Assembly (NCBI GenBank): GCA_001804805.1
Contig: MHBH01000005.1
Coordinates: 124,618-188,617 of the forward strand
Reading direction: 5' to 3'
Length of the DNA stretch: 64,000 nucleotides
From: Lentisphaerae bacterium GWF2_49_21
GTDB taxonomy: Bacteria; Verrucomicrobiota; Lentisphaeria; Victivallales; GWF2-50-93
Of the stretch, positions 29,800-40,149 are shown piece after piece (within the stretch, counting starts at the first letter, position 1; each line of letters opens with the position of its first letter). The notes under the pieces were generated by a model. That model saw only the letters and a list, made by a program, of their open reading frames with translations. It was not told the origin of the DNA and made no database searches. A program made the position numbers and the translations under genes.

Positions 29800-31332
29800 T
29801 TATGGTTCTGTCTCAAACGCTCCGATGTTTCCGGCTTTGATGTTCCTGCCTGAAAAATCCTTTCCGCCGTTATCCTTGATCGCCATCCCTGCGCCAATGC
29901 ATTTTGAATCAGGTCCGACACGGAAGAAAGGCAGTTCTGCGAGTTTCGCAGGATCTGCCGGGAGGAGATTCATATTTTCGGGAACTTTGAGTTTAGGATC
30001 GGCGAAAACTCCGACGGTCTTGCCGTTGACAGTCTCCTGTCCGGTCGCCTTTGTCCATTCCTCAAAAGTCTTATACGAGGCTTTGCCGTCGTTGAAGAGC
30101 GCTCCTTTGCCTGTTGCCGACCAGTAGAGGTTGTTTTCAAACCGGGAGTTCTTAAGAGGACCTTTCATGATGTCGTCTCCGGAGACGAATATGTTGTTGC
30201 GGTAGACGATGCCTTTTATGTCGTGGCAGGCGAATACTGCGTGTTTCGTGTTTACTATTACATTATTATATACGAGCGCATCGGAGATTCCCTTGCCGCC
30301 TTCCCAGACTCCGATGCCGCTGCGCATGTTTTTCGATCCGTCGTTGAAGCTGATGTTGTATCGGACAATGTTGTTCTTCCAGGTCGGCGCGTCCGGATAC
30401 TGGCAGAGGAGATATCCACAGCCGACATTGTTGTAGGAAAGGTTGTACTGGAGAATGGAGTTTGTGCATCCTCCGTCGAGATCAAATCCTCCTCCGTCAG
30501 TACCTGGACTCTTGTTGTCGTGCGATATGCAGTTCTGGATGATCAGCTTGTCGCAGTTCCAGCCCCATATTCCGACCGGACCATTGCCTTTCCGCGGCAT
30601 GTCCCAGCCGTTGTTCGACGCCTCGCAGAATTCTATCAGGCAGCCGACTAGTCCACCGACTACTATTCCGTTTCCACTGTGGTTGTCCTTGTTCTTCGGA
30701 TCTCCGGCATTGTTGTCGGCGGTGCAATATCCTATATAGACGTTCTTTGAAATATTCTTGTCCCAGCCGCAGACATTTATTCCCGCCGAACCGTTGTCAT
30801 GCGCATAGACTTTAGTTATCCTGCTGTTCAAGTCTCCGGATGTATTGATCCCTGAAAGCCGGAATCCCGACACGTCGACGGAATCAATTTCAACATTCTC
30901 GGTGCACTTGAGATCTATGCCGCTGCCGTCGCTGCCGTTCTTCCTGCCACAACCTACGAGCTTGAGATTTTGTATCGAGATGAATTTGCATTTGTCGAGA
31001 GTTATCGCTGTACCGGCTCCGGCGTCTATTGTCGCAGGATTCTTGCCATAAGAGGAGATTTTAACTGGCCTGTCCTTCGTGCCGGCTATCTTTTCACCTA
31101 GGGAAATGCTTCCTTTGAAAACCTGTCCGCCGGCGAGGAGTATCTGATCACCCGGTTTTAAAACGGCCTTGTTGAGCCTTTCAATTGACTGCCAGGCCTT
31201 TTCTGGGGTGCTGCCGGGATTTCCGTCCTTGCCATTTTCCGCGTCTACATAATAGGTGTCGGCGGCATGTAGGCCGACCCCTGCGAAATTCGCAAGGAAC
31301 GATATGGATGTGACGAGTGACATGATTTTCAT
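29800..31332 (-). CDS. Secreted right-handed parallel beta-helix protein (pectin-lyase-like fold)
   Basis: Signal peptide; YYVDAENGKDGNPG..P.KAW.SI, LKPGDQILL..G, DGGGFDLDGG, Asn-ladder repeats, IGAFE end; ATGA overlap with pcnB. Confidence 0.85.
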   Translation of the reverse strand: MKIMSLVTSISFLANFAGVGLHAADTYYVDAENGKDGNPGSTPEKAWQSIERLNKAVLKPGDQILLAGGQVFKGSISLGEKIAGTKDRPVKISSYGKNPATIDAGAGTAITLDKCKFISIQNLKLVGCGRKNGSDGSGIDLKCTENVEIDSVDVSGFRLSGINTSGDLNSRITKVYAHDNGSAGINVCGWDKNISKNVYIGYCTADNNAGDPKNKDNHSGNGIVVGGLVGCLIEFCEASNNGWDMPRKGNGPVGIWGWNCDKLIIQNCISHDNKSPGTDGGGFDLDGGCTNSILQYNLSYNNVGCGYLLCQYPDAPTWKNNIVRYNISFNDGSKNMRSGIGVWEGGKGISDALVYNNVIVNTKHAVFACHDIKGIVYRNNIFVSGDDIMKGPLKNSRFENNLYWSATGKGALFNDGKASYKTFEEWTKATGQETVNGKTVGVFADPKLKVPENMNLLPADPAKLAELPFFRVGPDSKCIGAGMAIKDNGGKDFSGRNIKAGNIGAFETEP

Positions 31333-32459
31333 CCTGCGCATGGAACTGTTATCTTGCCTGTCTGTTTAAGGATCTCCTGCAGTTCGAGCGCGTGCTGGTA
31401 GCGGGGGTTCCTGGATGTCCTTCTCTGCGACTTGTCCCGGAGCAGGGCGGTCTGGAGCTGTATTGCCATGACAGACGAGAATATCAGACGCTTGGGAAAA
31501 CAATGAGGACGAAACAGTTCCAAAACGATATGCCTGATGTCCTTCTCGATCCTCGGATAATATTTCCATAACTGGGCATCGTCGGTCTTTTCCATAGCCG
31601 CATACACGAATGGGAAAGCCATGGTGGCGACGGAAAGAGAAAGGCTGTTCCTGTAGATCCCGTTGTCGACACGGGCATTCCTGAGTTCCAGCAGCCTAAG
31701 CATGTCCTCGCATTCCGGAGTATTCCAGTGCAGGTGCACCTGCGGAAGGAAATATGAGAGGAAGTTATATTCGTATAGGATTTTCAGGATCTTGTCGGAG
31801 CATGTCTTCTTGAGGATCTTCTCCAGTTCAAGGCTGAGCCGCGAATGCGAGACGTTTGCGATCAGCGGTATTTTTTCGAGCAGAGCTTTTTCGGTCTCAA
31901 TGTTGATCCTGAAGCCGTACTGTGCGACAAGCTTCAGCGCGCGGAGGATCCTGACCGGATCTTCTATGAACCTTTCAGAGGGATCTCCGATCATCCTGAC
32001 GACCCCGCCCTCGAGATCGGCCATACCATGCCCGGAGTGGTCCACGATCTGGTTCTTGACAGGATCATAGAATATGGCGTTTATCGTAAAGTCCCTGCGG
32101 AATGCATCCTCATATGCCGTGCCGTAGGAGTTGTCATGGAAGACAAGCTTCTTTCCGGGAGTGATCACCGGTTCCAGCTTGTCAGGTTTCCTGCGGAACG
32201 TGCTTATCTCTACGATTTCATGGCCGTGGTAGTAATGCGCAAGGCGGAACCTCTTTCCAATTATCATCACCTTCCTTCTTCCGAAGAGGTGCCTGATCTC
32301 TTCCGGAGTCGCTGCAGTCGAGAGATCGTAGTCCTTGGGTTCAAGGCCGAGAAGGAGGTCGCGGACGGCTCCACCGACCAGGTAGGTTTCGAATCCGGCC
32401 TTGTGAAGGGCTTCGATGATCCCCACCACATGTTCAGCTATCTTGTATCTTATTGGCAT
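31329..32459 (-). CDS. pcnB: Poly(A) polymerase I
   Basis: LVGGAVRDLLLG..PKDYD, PAP-specific IIGKRFRLAH, EISTFR, DAFRRDFTINA, EDPVRILRA. Confidence 0.9.
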   Translation of the reverse strand: MPIRYKIAEHVVGIIEALHKAGFETYLVGGAVRDLLLGLEPKDYDLSTAATPEEIRHLFGRRKVMIIGKRFRLAHYYHGHEIVEISTFRRKPDKLEPVITPGKKLVFHDNSYGTAYEDAFRRDFTINAIFYDPVKNQIVDHSGHGMADLEGGVVRMIGDPSERFIEDPVRILRALKLVAQYGFRINIETEKALLEKIPLIANVSHSRLSLELEKILKKTCSDKILKILYEYNFLSYFLPQVHLHWNTPECEDMLRLLELRNARVDNGIYRNSLSLSVATMAFPFVYAAMEKTDDAQLWKYYPRIEKDIRHIVLELFRPHCFPKRLIFSSVMAIQLQTALLRDKSQRRTSRNPRYQHALELQEILKQTGKITVPCAG

Positions 32460-34108
32460 TAAGTATACGGTTCCTGGATTATTGTATCGACATAATCCAT
32501 TTTAGGCTCCCGCTGAGGATAGTCGGCGTTGAAATGGAGGCCTCGGCTTTCCTTCCTGCTCATGGCCGAATCTATGATGATCTCGGCGACGGTCGCAATA
32601 TTGCGGAGTTCGACAAGATCGGGCGTGATAAGGAAATCCCAGTAGTACTTCTCGATTTCGCTCCTGATGTTCTTGATCCTGTTCTTCGCCCGTTCCAGAC
32701 GCTTGTTCGTCCTGAAGATGCCGACATAGTCCCACATGAACCTCCTGATCTCATCCCAGTTGTGGGCGATGACGACGAGTTCGTCCGAATTGGTCGCGTT
32801 TCCGCTCCTCCACGTGGGGATCTTGCCGCTGGGGCGTTCGTCGCTGAACTTCTTCATCTTTGATTTGATGTCCTTTGCTGCGAACTTCGCAATCACCAGC
32901 GCTTCGAGAAGACTGTTGCTCGCAAGGCGGTTCGCGCCGTGCAGGCCCGTCGATGCGACTTCTCCGACGGCATATAGTCCGGCAAGCCCGGTGAATCCGT
33001 TGATATCCGTCTTGACTCCCCCGCAGCAGTAATGGGCCGCAGGCACGACCGGTATCGGATCCTTGGCCATGTTTATTCCGACCTCGAGGCACTTTCCGAA
33101 TATGTTCGGGAACCTCCGTTTCAGGAATTCCTCCTTCTTGTGCCTGATGTCGAGGAATGCGCAGGGCTGGCCGATCCGCTTCAGTTCGTTGTCTATCGCC
33201 CTGGCGACAATGTCGCGCGGAGCAAGGCTCGCCATTTTGTGGTATTGGTCCATGAATTCAACAAGGTTCCCTTTGGCGTCGAGGCGTTTGAGGATGGCGC
33301 CTTCGCCGCGTACCGCCTCGCTTATGAGGAAGGATTTCACTTTCGGATGATAAAGGATTGTCGGGTGGAACTGCAGGAATTCCATGTTTGCTATTGGAAC
33401 ATGGGCGCGGGAGCACATTGCAATTCCATCACCGGATGCGATGTCGGGATTGCTCGTGTAAAGATATACCTTGCCTGTTCCGCCCGTGGCGATGGTGATG
33501 CTCATGCTCGTGACGGTCTTGACGATGTTGTGCCTTATGTCAAGCACATAAGTGCCGAGTACGCAGTCCTCGCCCATCCAGCCGAGTCTGCCGGACGTGA
33601 TGAGATCAATTGCTATATGATACTCGAATATCTTGATGTTCGGATTGGCCCTGCATGCCTTTATCAATATCTTCTCGACCTCCTCGCCGGTGATGTCACC
33701 GGAATGAAGGACGCGTCTCTGTGTGTGTCCGCCTTCGCGCCCGAGATCGAAGTCGCCTACGTCCTGCTGGTGCCCCATCTCGCCGCGGGTGGTGAAGTGG
33801 GCTCCGAGATCGATCAGCTCCTTTATGGCGGCAGGACCGTTCTCAACGATAGTCTTGACAATGTTCTCTTTGCACAGATGGTCGCCGGCGACCATGGTGT
33901 CGCGCAGGTGTTCATCGAATGAGTCCTGTTTGGTGTCCATTACGCAGGCGATACCGCCCTGCGCGTATTTTGTGTTCGCCTCGTCGACGCTTCTTTTTGT
34001 AATAACGGCTACCGAGCCCAGCTTTGAGAGCTGGAGCGCGGTGAAGAGCCCGGCGAGTCCGCTGCCGACCACTATATGATCGAAATTCAATACTTCCTTG
34101 GTGGACAT
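32459..34108 (-). CDS. nadB: L-aspartate oxidase
   Basis: VGSGLAG, AQGGIA, EGGHTQRRVLH, EFLQFHPT, FLISEAVRGEG, LAPRDIVAR, GLHGANRLASNSLLE, ESRGLH. Confidence 0.97.
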   Translation of the reverse strand: MSTKEVLNFDHIVVGSGLAGLFTALQLSKLGSVAVITKRSVDEANTKYAQGGIACVMDTKQDSFDEHLRDTMVAGDHLCKENIVKTIVENGPAAIKELIDLGAHFTTRGEMGHQQDVGDFDLGREGGHTQRRVLHSGDITGEEVEKILIKACRANPNIKIFEYHIAIDLITSGRLGWMGEDCVLGTYVLDIRHNIVKTVTSMSITIATGGTGKVYLYTSNPDIASGDGIAMCSRAHVPIANMEFLQFHPTILYHPKVKSFLISEAVRGEGAILKRLDAKGNLVEFMDQYHKMASLAPRDIVARAIDNELKRIGQPCAFLDIRHKKEEFLKRRFPNIFGKCLEVGINMAKDPIPVVPAAHYCCGGVKTDINGFTGLAGLYAVGEVASTGLHGANRLASNSLLEALVIAKFAAKDIKSKMKKFSDERPSGKIPTWRSGNATNSDELVVIAHNWDEIRRFMWDYVGIFRTNKRLERAKNRIKNIRSEIEKYYWDFLITPDLVELRNIATVAEIIIDSAMSRKESRGLHFNADYPQREPKMDYVDTIIQEPYT

Positions 34109-34160
34109 GGTCAATATTCTTTATAGTTGAGCCAATTGCAAAAGTCAGCAATTGGCAGTG

Positions 34161-34256
34161 TTCAGGTGTCAGTGTTCAGGAAGGAGCAATACTTACAAGA
34201 CACTTTTATTCCGCTTGTTATGCTCTGTTTTGCTGACACCTGACACCCGACACCTG
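34161..34256. repeat. Inverted pair of 7-mer tandem repeats (CAGGTGT / ACACCTG)
   Basis: ttcaggtgtcagtgttcagg ... ctgacacctgacacccgacacctg, between divergent nadB and lnt. Confidence 0.7.
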
Positions 34257-34479
34257 TATATCAAAACGTTAGTTTTGAAATCATCTCAGTTACCTGAAAA
34301 CCAATAAAATACGCCCGATGGACCGCTTTTTCCATTGAAATTATCAAAAGCTCAAATAGTTTTAATGCCCTATCATGAACAAGGACATACAAAACATCGA
34401 CAAGACTGCCGCTGAACTGCGTGAAACCGAACTTGAAAACAAGGCGGGCAGGGTAGGCAACGAGTGGTGGGAGGTCAGC

Positions 34480-36186
34480 ATGAAGAGGACCTGGCTCCGC
34501 CTTGTCCTGCTTGCTGGTTCCGCCCTCCTGTATGCCGCAGCATTCCCCCCGCTCAACTGGAGCAGCGTCGGCTGGTTCGGAATAATCCCTCTTTTCTGGC
34601 TGGTGAAGGGCAGGACTGTGAGGCAGGCGTGGTTTGACGGTTTTATCTGGGGATACGTCTGGTCGTGCACGGCTTTCTTCTTTCTGCGTGAGATCGAAGT
34701 CTTTGTTCCGTTTGCAATCGCTTTCATCTTTGCGCTTTTCCCTGCGTTCTGGGCCGCCTCGGTCCCGCTTCTCAGGAGATTCATATTCGTGCCGGTCGAT
34801 GTCCAGCTCAAGGGATGCGACGCAGAACGGGACTATTATAACAATGAAAAACACGGTCACTGGAAGAAATGCCTGTTTGTCCTCGTACTCGCCGCCTGGT
34901 GGTGCGTCCTGGAATGGACGAGGAACTGGCTATTTTCAGGATTCCCCTGGGACCTCCTGGCAGGTACGCAATGGAAGAACATTGCTCTCCTGCAGATATG
35001 CGAGTTCACTGGCGTCTACGGGCTCAGTTTCGTGCTCATCTACTTCAATATCTCCCTTGCGCTTGCGATGGAGATATGGAAGAATATTTTCATGTACAGG
35101 AAATTCGAGCGCCCCATCCCCTTCTATGTTGCAATCGCATTGCTTGCAATCACCTTTGTCTCCGGATCGTATTCTGTCCTGAGGACAAGCGGGAACAAGG
35201 AAAAGGCCACTCTCGACGCCGTCGTGATCCAGGCAGATATTCCACAGTGCAGGATGGCCAACGACCAGCAGGCGAGGTTTGCCCTGGACGAGTATATGTC
35301 CCTCTCTGAAAATGCAGTACTCCTGAAGCCGGATCTTGTGATCTGGCCGGAGACTGCTGTTCCGGTCCCTTATAATCTCGCTGATGATCTGGCCATGGAG
35401 TACAGGAGCAGGCTTGGAGGACTTATCATCCGGAACAGGATACCGTTCCTCATAGGCACAATTGATTTCGGCAAATACATTCCACCGATGAGGCCCCAGG
35501 ACATTCCGATCTACAACAGCGCCATCTTTATTGACAGGGATGCGAACATAGTTGACAGCTACAACAAGATCCATCTTGTGCCATGGGGCGAATACACGCC
35601 GTTGGGAGAATATTATCCGTGGATAAAGAAGAAATTCGGAATGGGGAGGAGCCTGACGCCAGGGCGGAGAGCTACGATCTTCAATATAAAGGAAAATGTC
35701 CGTGCCGGAATGAATATCTGCTTTGAGGATGTATTCCCGGAGCTTGCTCGGAACTGCGCGCTTGCCGGAGCCAACCTTCTGATAATAATAAGCAATGACG
35801 CCTGGTATCCGAAGAGCTCCGAGCCGGAACAGCATCTTGCACATGCCGTGTTCAGGGCCGTCGAGATCCGCCGTCCGATAATCCGTGCCGGCAACAACAG
35901 CGGCAGCTGCGTGATCAGCCCTACCGGAGCAATTACCCAGAGCATTTCCTTCTCGTCCGATGATAAAAAAGATGGGAACGTCCTCGATCCGCTCCAGAAG
36001 ATCAAGGGATTTGCCAATTTCAGAGTGGAAGTCATCGCCGACGCCCCTCTTACCTTCTATACGAAATATGGGAACGTGTTCATCTATTTCTGCATCCTGG
36101 TCTGCATAGGCGCAGGCACCGGCCTGCTATGGGCCTGGCGTGAAAAGAAACAGAAACTCCTGGAGGCATTCGAGAAAAAACAATGA
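34480..36186 (+). CDS. lnt: Apolipoprotein N-acyltransferase
   Basis: EWTR..LFSGFPW, GVYGLSF, VIWPETA, KIHLVPWGEY.P, ICFED.F, SNDAWY, RAVE.RR..IRAGNNSGS; GGAGG RBS before ATG 34480. Confidence 0.95.
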   Translation: MKRTWLRLVLLAGSALLYAAAFPPLNWSSVGWFGIIPLFWLVKGRTVRQAWFDGFIWGYVWSCTAFFFLREIEVFVPFAIAFIFALFPAFWAASVPLLRRFIFVPVDVQLKGCDAERDYYNNEKHGHWKKCLFVLVLAAWWCVLEWTRNWLFSGFPWDLLAGTQWKNIALLQICEFTGVYGLSFVLIYFNISLALAMEIWKNIFMYRKFERPIPFYVAIALLAITFVSGSYSVLRTSGNKEKATLDAVVIQADIPQCRMANDQQARFALDEYMSLSENAVLLKPDLVIWPETAVPVPYNLADDLAMEYRSRLGGLIIRNRIPFLIGTIDFGKYIPPMRPQDIPIYNSAIFIDRDANIVDSYNKIHLVPWGEYTPLGEYYPWIKKKFGMGRSLTPGRRATIFNIKENVRAGMNICFEDVFPELARNCALAGANLLIIISNDAWYPKSSEPEQHLAHAVFRAVEIRRPIIRAGNNSGSCVISPTGAITQSISFSSDDKKDGNVLDPLQKIKGFANFRVEVIADAPLTFYTKYGNVFIYFCILVCIGAGTGLLWAWREKKQKLLEAFEKKQ

Positions 36187-36917
36187 AAATAAGAGCTGAC
36201 ATAATTTTGACGGAACAGGGACTTGCAGAAAGCCACGAACAGGCGAAACGCCTGATCCTTGCCGGAAAAGTCAGGGTTGGAACGGACCGGGTGGTGCAGA
36301 AGGCATCCGAACTTTTTGACGCAGGAACAGTCCTGACCCTCGAAGAGAAATCCCCGTACGTAAGCCGCGGAGCATACAAGCTTCTTCCAGCGATCGAAAA
36401 ACATCTTCCGGACATGAAAGGACTGATATGCCTCGACGTCGGCGCTTCAACCGGAGGTTTCACTGACCTGATGATCCAGCGCGGAGCCGACAGGGTCTAT
36501 GCTGTGGATGTCGGAACAGCCCAGCTCAACCAGAAGCTCAAGGATGATCCGCGTGTGATTTCACGGGAGAATGTTAACGCAAGACATATTGTTGAGACTT
36601 TCCTTCCGGTGAAGGTCGATGTCATGACGATGGACATATCGTTTATTTCGGTAAAGAACGTCCTGCCTGCCGCAGACAAGCTTCTGAAGCCCGGCGGCTG
36701 GGCCTTCATACTGGTCAAACCGCAGTTTGAGGCGAGGCGCAAGGAGGTTGAGAAGGGCGGAGTCGTCAGGGATGAGAATATCAGGACCCGCTGTGTCGAG
36801 GAAATTGCGGATTTCGCAAGGAACGAGCTGTCTTATTCAGTTGTGGAAGTGATGCCGGCTCCTATTCTCGGCCCCAAGGGGAATCAGGAGTTCATGGTGG
36901 TGTTTGTGAAGAAATAG
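36183..36917 (+). CDS. tlyA: TlyA family rRNA 2'-O-methyltransferase
   Basis: S4 domain, YVSRGAYKL, LDVGASTGGFTD, DISFIS, LVKPQFE, GPKGNQE. Confidence 0.95.
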   Translation: MKIRADIILTEQGLAESHEQAKRLILAGKVRVGTDRVVQKASELFDAGTVLTLEEKSPYVSRGAYKLLPAIEKHLPDMKGLICLDVGASTGGFTDLMIQRGADRVYAVDVGTAQLNQKLKDDPRVISRENVNARHIVETFLPVKVDVMTMDISFISVKNVLPAADKLLKPGGWAFILVKPQFEARRKEVEKGGVVRDENIRTRCVEEIADFARNELSYSVVEVMPAPILGPKGNQEFMVVFVKK

Positions 36918-36940
36918 GATTATATCCTTGTTGACGATTT

Positions 36941-37660
36941 TCAATCAGGTTTGCCGCAGTTCATTTTTGTGAATTTGTGCCAGTCGATTGTTCCGTCCTT
37001 TAAGCAGTATTCAGCGATGAAATCACGGGTGAACCGGTTAATGGCTTTATTCCATTCGGCAATGAATTCCTGTCTGTGTTTTGCTGGCCGTTCGCGCATT
37101 GCATCAATGATTTTCAAATAAAATTCTGAGTCGCCAGTCAGTTCCTCCCAAAAAGATTGACCTGCCAATTCACGGAAAGAAACGGAGCCAGATGGTTTAG
37201 TTCTCTTATTGCCGTAACAATAGCCGACAATGGGATCAAACTGTTTTTGTAGTTTTGCCATACGGCTTCTCAAAGCAAGAAAATCTTGATTTTGTCTCCT
37301 TCGGCTCTGGGCGTTAAAGACAGATGGGCCGGACTTGACAGCTACTGCTTTATAAGTCTTTTTCGTTTCTATTACAATGTCAACACCTTCGGAAGGCGCT
37401 ACAGTCCCGTTTGAAACAGCTTTGGCAAGTGGTTCAAAAAAGGCATCTCCGAAAATACCTTCGTCCGATGATGACATATACGCCTTCAAAAGACCTTCGA
37501 CAATTTCTGTTGCCGAATGCGTGCCTATAGCTCGGAAGAGATATGGATTCTTGCGTTTCAGCGCATCTCTTAGTTTTAGACCGCTGAGCTTTGCAATTCG
37601 GCGAACGTAAAAAGCATCAAGCAACTTTGCTACAACTGCTTCGGTGTCCTGTGTTTTCAT
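36941..37660 (-). CDS. Type II restriction endonuclease (EcoO109I/PmeII-like)
   Basis: LKRKNPYLF, SSDEGIFGDAFFE, GVD..AVKSGP..FN (PD-(D/E)xK-like), GQSFWE; ATGA-coupled to the MTase. Confidence 0.8.
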   Translation of the reverse strand: MKTQDTEAVVAKLLDAFYVRRIAKLSGLKLRDALKRKNPYLFRAIGTHSATEIVEGLLKAYMSSSDEGIFGDAFFEPLAKAVSNGTVAPSEGVDIVIETKKTYKAVAVKSGPSVFNAQSRRRQNQDFLALRSRMAKLQKQFDPIVGYCYGNKRTKPSGSVSFRELAGQSFWEELTGDSEFYLKIIDAMRERPAKHRQEFIAEWNKAINRFTRDFIAEYCLKDGTIDWHKFTKMNCGKPD

Positions 37661-38859
37661 TCTATCTCCTCTAAGTTTTCGATATGGTTCATCACGGTTT
37701 TTCCAATCACATATCCAAGGCCTATGGGAACAGCATTGCCTATCTGGCGATATTTGTCGGATGTGGTTCCGGAAAAAATCCATTCATCTGGGAATTGTTG
37801 GATTCGGGCATATTCTTTTACGGAAAGCGGTCGCAACTCGGTAGGATGGCACAGACACGTACTTTTCTGTATCGGGCTTGTTGAAACAGTCGGTGAGGGT
37901 TTTTTTAAAGTCAACCTGCGATAGAATCCCACGCGGCCGCCGGTTGATTCGTATGCCCCGCCTAGAGCTTCCCTCTGCATTTCCAACGGTAGGTCGCGCC
38001 AGTTCTGGCCTTCTTTCAAAAGAGAAAGGAAACGGATTCGCGAGGGTGAAAATGGCGTAAACTCAGGCTTCTTGTCATGTAAATTATCTATGGCATCACC
38101 TAGCGTCCGCCAACGCTGTTGAAAAAGTGTTTCTTCCGGGCCATAGGATCCAACAGGCATTACAAGCTGGTATCCGTCTCTGCTTCCTAGAAAAACGACT
38201 CTTTCTCTTTTTTGAGGTGTTCCATAGTCTGCGGCATTTACAAGTTGAGCTGTAACGGTGTAACCCATCTTCTCAAATTGCTGGTTTAACAAAGACATCA
38301 CGGTTCCTTTTCCGAAACAACTGGTACATTTATTTCTTTCGGCAAGAGGGATGTGTTCCAAGGCGGCGGAAAGAATTCCTCGAACGTTTTCCATTACAAA
38401 AAAGGATGGACGTATTTCATCGACTAATTTCAGGAAGTCAAACATCACCTGTCCTCGTGGATCGTTAAACGCTTGCCGTTTACCTGCAGTGCTAAATGAC
38501 GGGCAAGGTGGGCCGCCGACCATGACGTTGACATCGGAATCTTTCAAGCCAAAAAATGAGAGCAGCTTGCCGCCATTGTTCCAGTCTTTAATATCGCCTT
38601 CAATCAACGGAATTTCAGGTCGGTTTATTCTAATGGTTTCGCAAGCCCTTTTATCTATCTCGAGACATCCAGCGCAAGAGAAGCCGGCCGCCTCCATGCC
38701 AAGATCAAGCCCCATCGCACCGCTAAACAAAGAAATCATTTGGGGCTTTTTATTTTTTTCAGAAGCTGAGCCGTAACGGCTATTGGACTCTTTTATAGAG
38801 ATTGTTTCTTTTTGCGATAAATATTTTCTTCCAAGCAGGTAGAACTTATTTTTATGCAT
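37657..38859 (-). CDS. C5 DNA cytosine methyltransferase
   Basis: Motif I SLFSGAMGLD, IV GGPPCPSFS, VI ENVRG, VIII QKRERV, IX RPLSVKEYARIQQFPD, X QIGNAVP. The start codon is uncertain. Confidence 0.95.
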   Translation of the reverse strand: MHKNKFYLLGRKYLSQKETISIKESNSRYGSASEKNKKPQMISLFSGAMGLDLGMEAAGFSCAGCLEIDKRACETIRINRPEIPLIEGDIKDWNNGGKLLSFFGLKDSDVNVMVGGPPCPSFSTAGKRQAFNDPRGQVMFDFLKLVDEIRPSFFVMENVRGILSAALEHIPLAERNKCTSCFGKGTVMSLLNQQFEKMGYTVTAQLVNAADYGTPQKRERVVFLGSRDGYQLVMPVGSYGPEETLFQQRWRTLGDAIDNLHDKKPEFTPFSPSRIRFLSLLKEGQNWRDLPLEMQREALGGAYESTGGRVGFYRRLTLKKPSPTVSTSPIQKSTCLCHPTELRPLSVKEYARIQQFPDEWIFSGTTSDKYRQIGNAVPIGLGYVIGKTVMNHIENLEEIE

Positions 38860-39045
38860 GGTGTTTTAACTCGAATAAATGTTTGATTAAGCCTTGGCGG
38901 TTCTCGTCCATGGTATTGCTTATAAATGTAATACGGACAATCGTGAATAACAGAGACTATTGAAAAATAGTTCTTTAGTTATAGCGTATCCCCCGTTTAT
39001 AAGAATGTTGGATTATCAGATTTCTTCAAGTTTAAGGATATACTT

Positions 39046-40122
39046 ATGAGCAAAGTTTCAATAGTCAGGTGCAAGGATTACGACAAGGTCAAGGTCAAGG
39101 AAGCTGTCGCGGAGAGCCTGAAGCTGATTGGCGGAATTGACAAGATCGTCAAAAGTGGCGACAAGGTGATGCTCAAGGTTAACATCACCGACATGCTGCC
39201 GATCGAAAAGGCTGTCACAACGCATCCTGCAATTGTCAGGGCCGTCCTGAAGATTCTGAAGGACAGCGGGGCCAGGGTGTGTATTGGCGAAAGCTGCGGT
39301 TCCGCAAGATGGGAAGCAACTGATGAGATTCGCAGGAAGGCGAAAGCGAAGCTCCGCGGTAAGGATTTCGAGACGGCGAAAGAATTTTTCAAAGCCATGC
39401 ATTTGTCCGAAAACATAAAGGACATATTGAAGTTCAAGCTGCCCGGCGAGGACAAGCCGATGTTCGACAAGAATGAAATCGATTTCACGAAACATTTCCA
39501 GGAGGCCTTCTCAAGCGTCGGGATTAGGGAGGTCGCAGATGAGTTCGGCGTGCCGACGATCTCATTTGATGACGAGGAATGGGTCGAGCAGCCAAATCCG
39601 GACGGAGTGTTCCTGAAGAAGATATGGCTCAGCAAGACCACGCTCGAATCAAATGTCATTATCGACATGCCCAAGCTCAAGACACATGAACTTGTGCTCT
39701 TTACCGGTGCGGTCAAGAACCTGCTCGGACTTGCGCCCGGATACCACAAGAGCTTCTATCACAGGGCATCCCGGCTGACAGGCAGCATGGGCGACATGCT
39801 TGTCGACATATACGGTCTTGTCAAGCCTAAGCTCACGGTGATGGACGGGATAATCGGTATGGAAGGCGATGGACCAATTGAAGGTCCTCCAAGGAATATC
39901 GGAGTTGTCGTCTCAGGATTTGACTCCATTTCCGTCGACGCTGTATGCTCCTCCATCATCGGCCTTGATCCGATTGAGGTGCCGACGACCAGGATCGCCA
40001 CCGGAAGAGGGCTGGGAAAAGGGAATCTGAAGGATATCAAAGTCGTTGGGACACAGATAAGCGAAGTAAGGATTGCAGACTTCAAAATCCCGGACAAGGC
40101 GAGGGTTGATAACTTTGAATAA
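39046..40122 (+). CDS. DUF362 domain protein
   Basis: KVMLKVN, TTHP, PKLKTH, TGAVKNLLG, DGIIGMEGDGP, DAVC. Confidence 0.88.
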   Translation: MSKVSIVRCKDYDKVKVKEAVAESLKLIGGIDKIVKSGDKVMLKVNITDMLPIEKAVTTHPAIVRAVLKILKDSGARVCIGESCGSARWEATDEIRRKAKAKLRGKDFETAKEFFKAMHLSENIKDILKFKLPGEDKPMFDKNEIDFTKHFQEAFSSVGIREVADEFGVPTISFDDEEWVEQPNPDGVFLKKIWLSKTTLESNVIIDMPKLKTHELVLFTGAVKNLLGLAPGYHKSFYHRASRLTGSMGDMLVDIYGLVKPKLTVMDGIIGMEGDGPIEGPPRNIGVVVSGFDSISVDAVCSSIIGLDPIEVPTTRIATGRGLGKGNLKDIKVVGTQISEVRIADFKIPDKARVDNFE

Positions 40123-40149
40123 GCAACGAGATGCTAAAGGCACTTAAAG

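Noticed and set aside
37661-37783. 41-aa N-terminal extension of the restriction endonuclease
   Set aside because: It overlaps the MTase coding region; the ATGA-coupled start at 37660 is more plausible.
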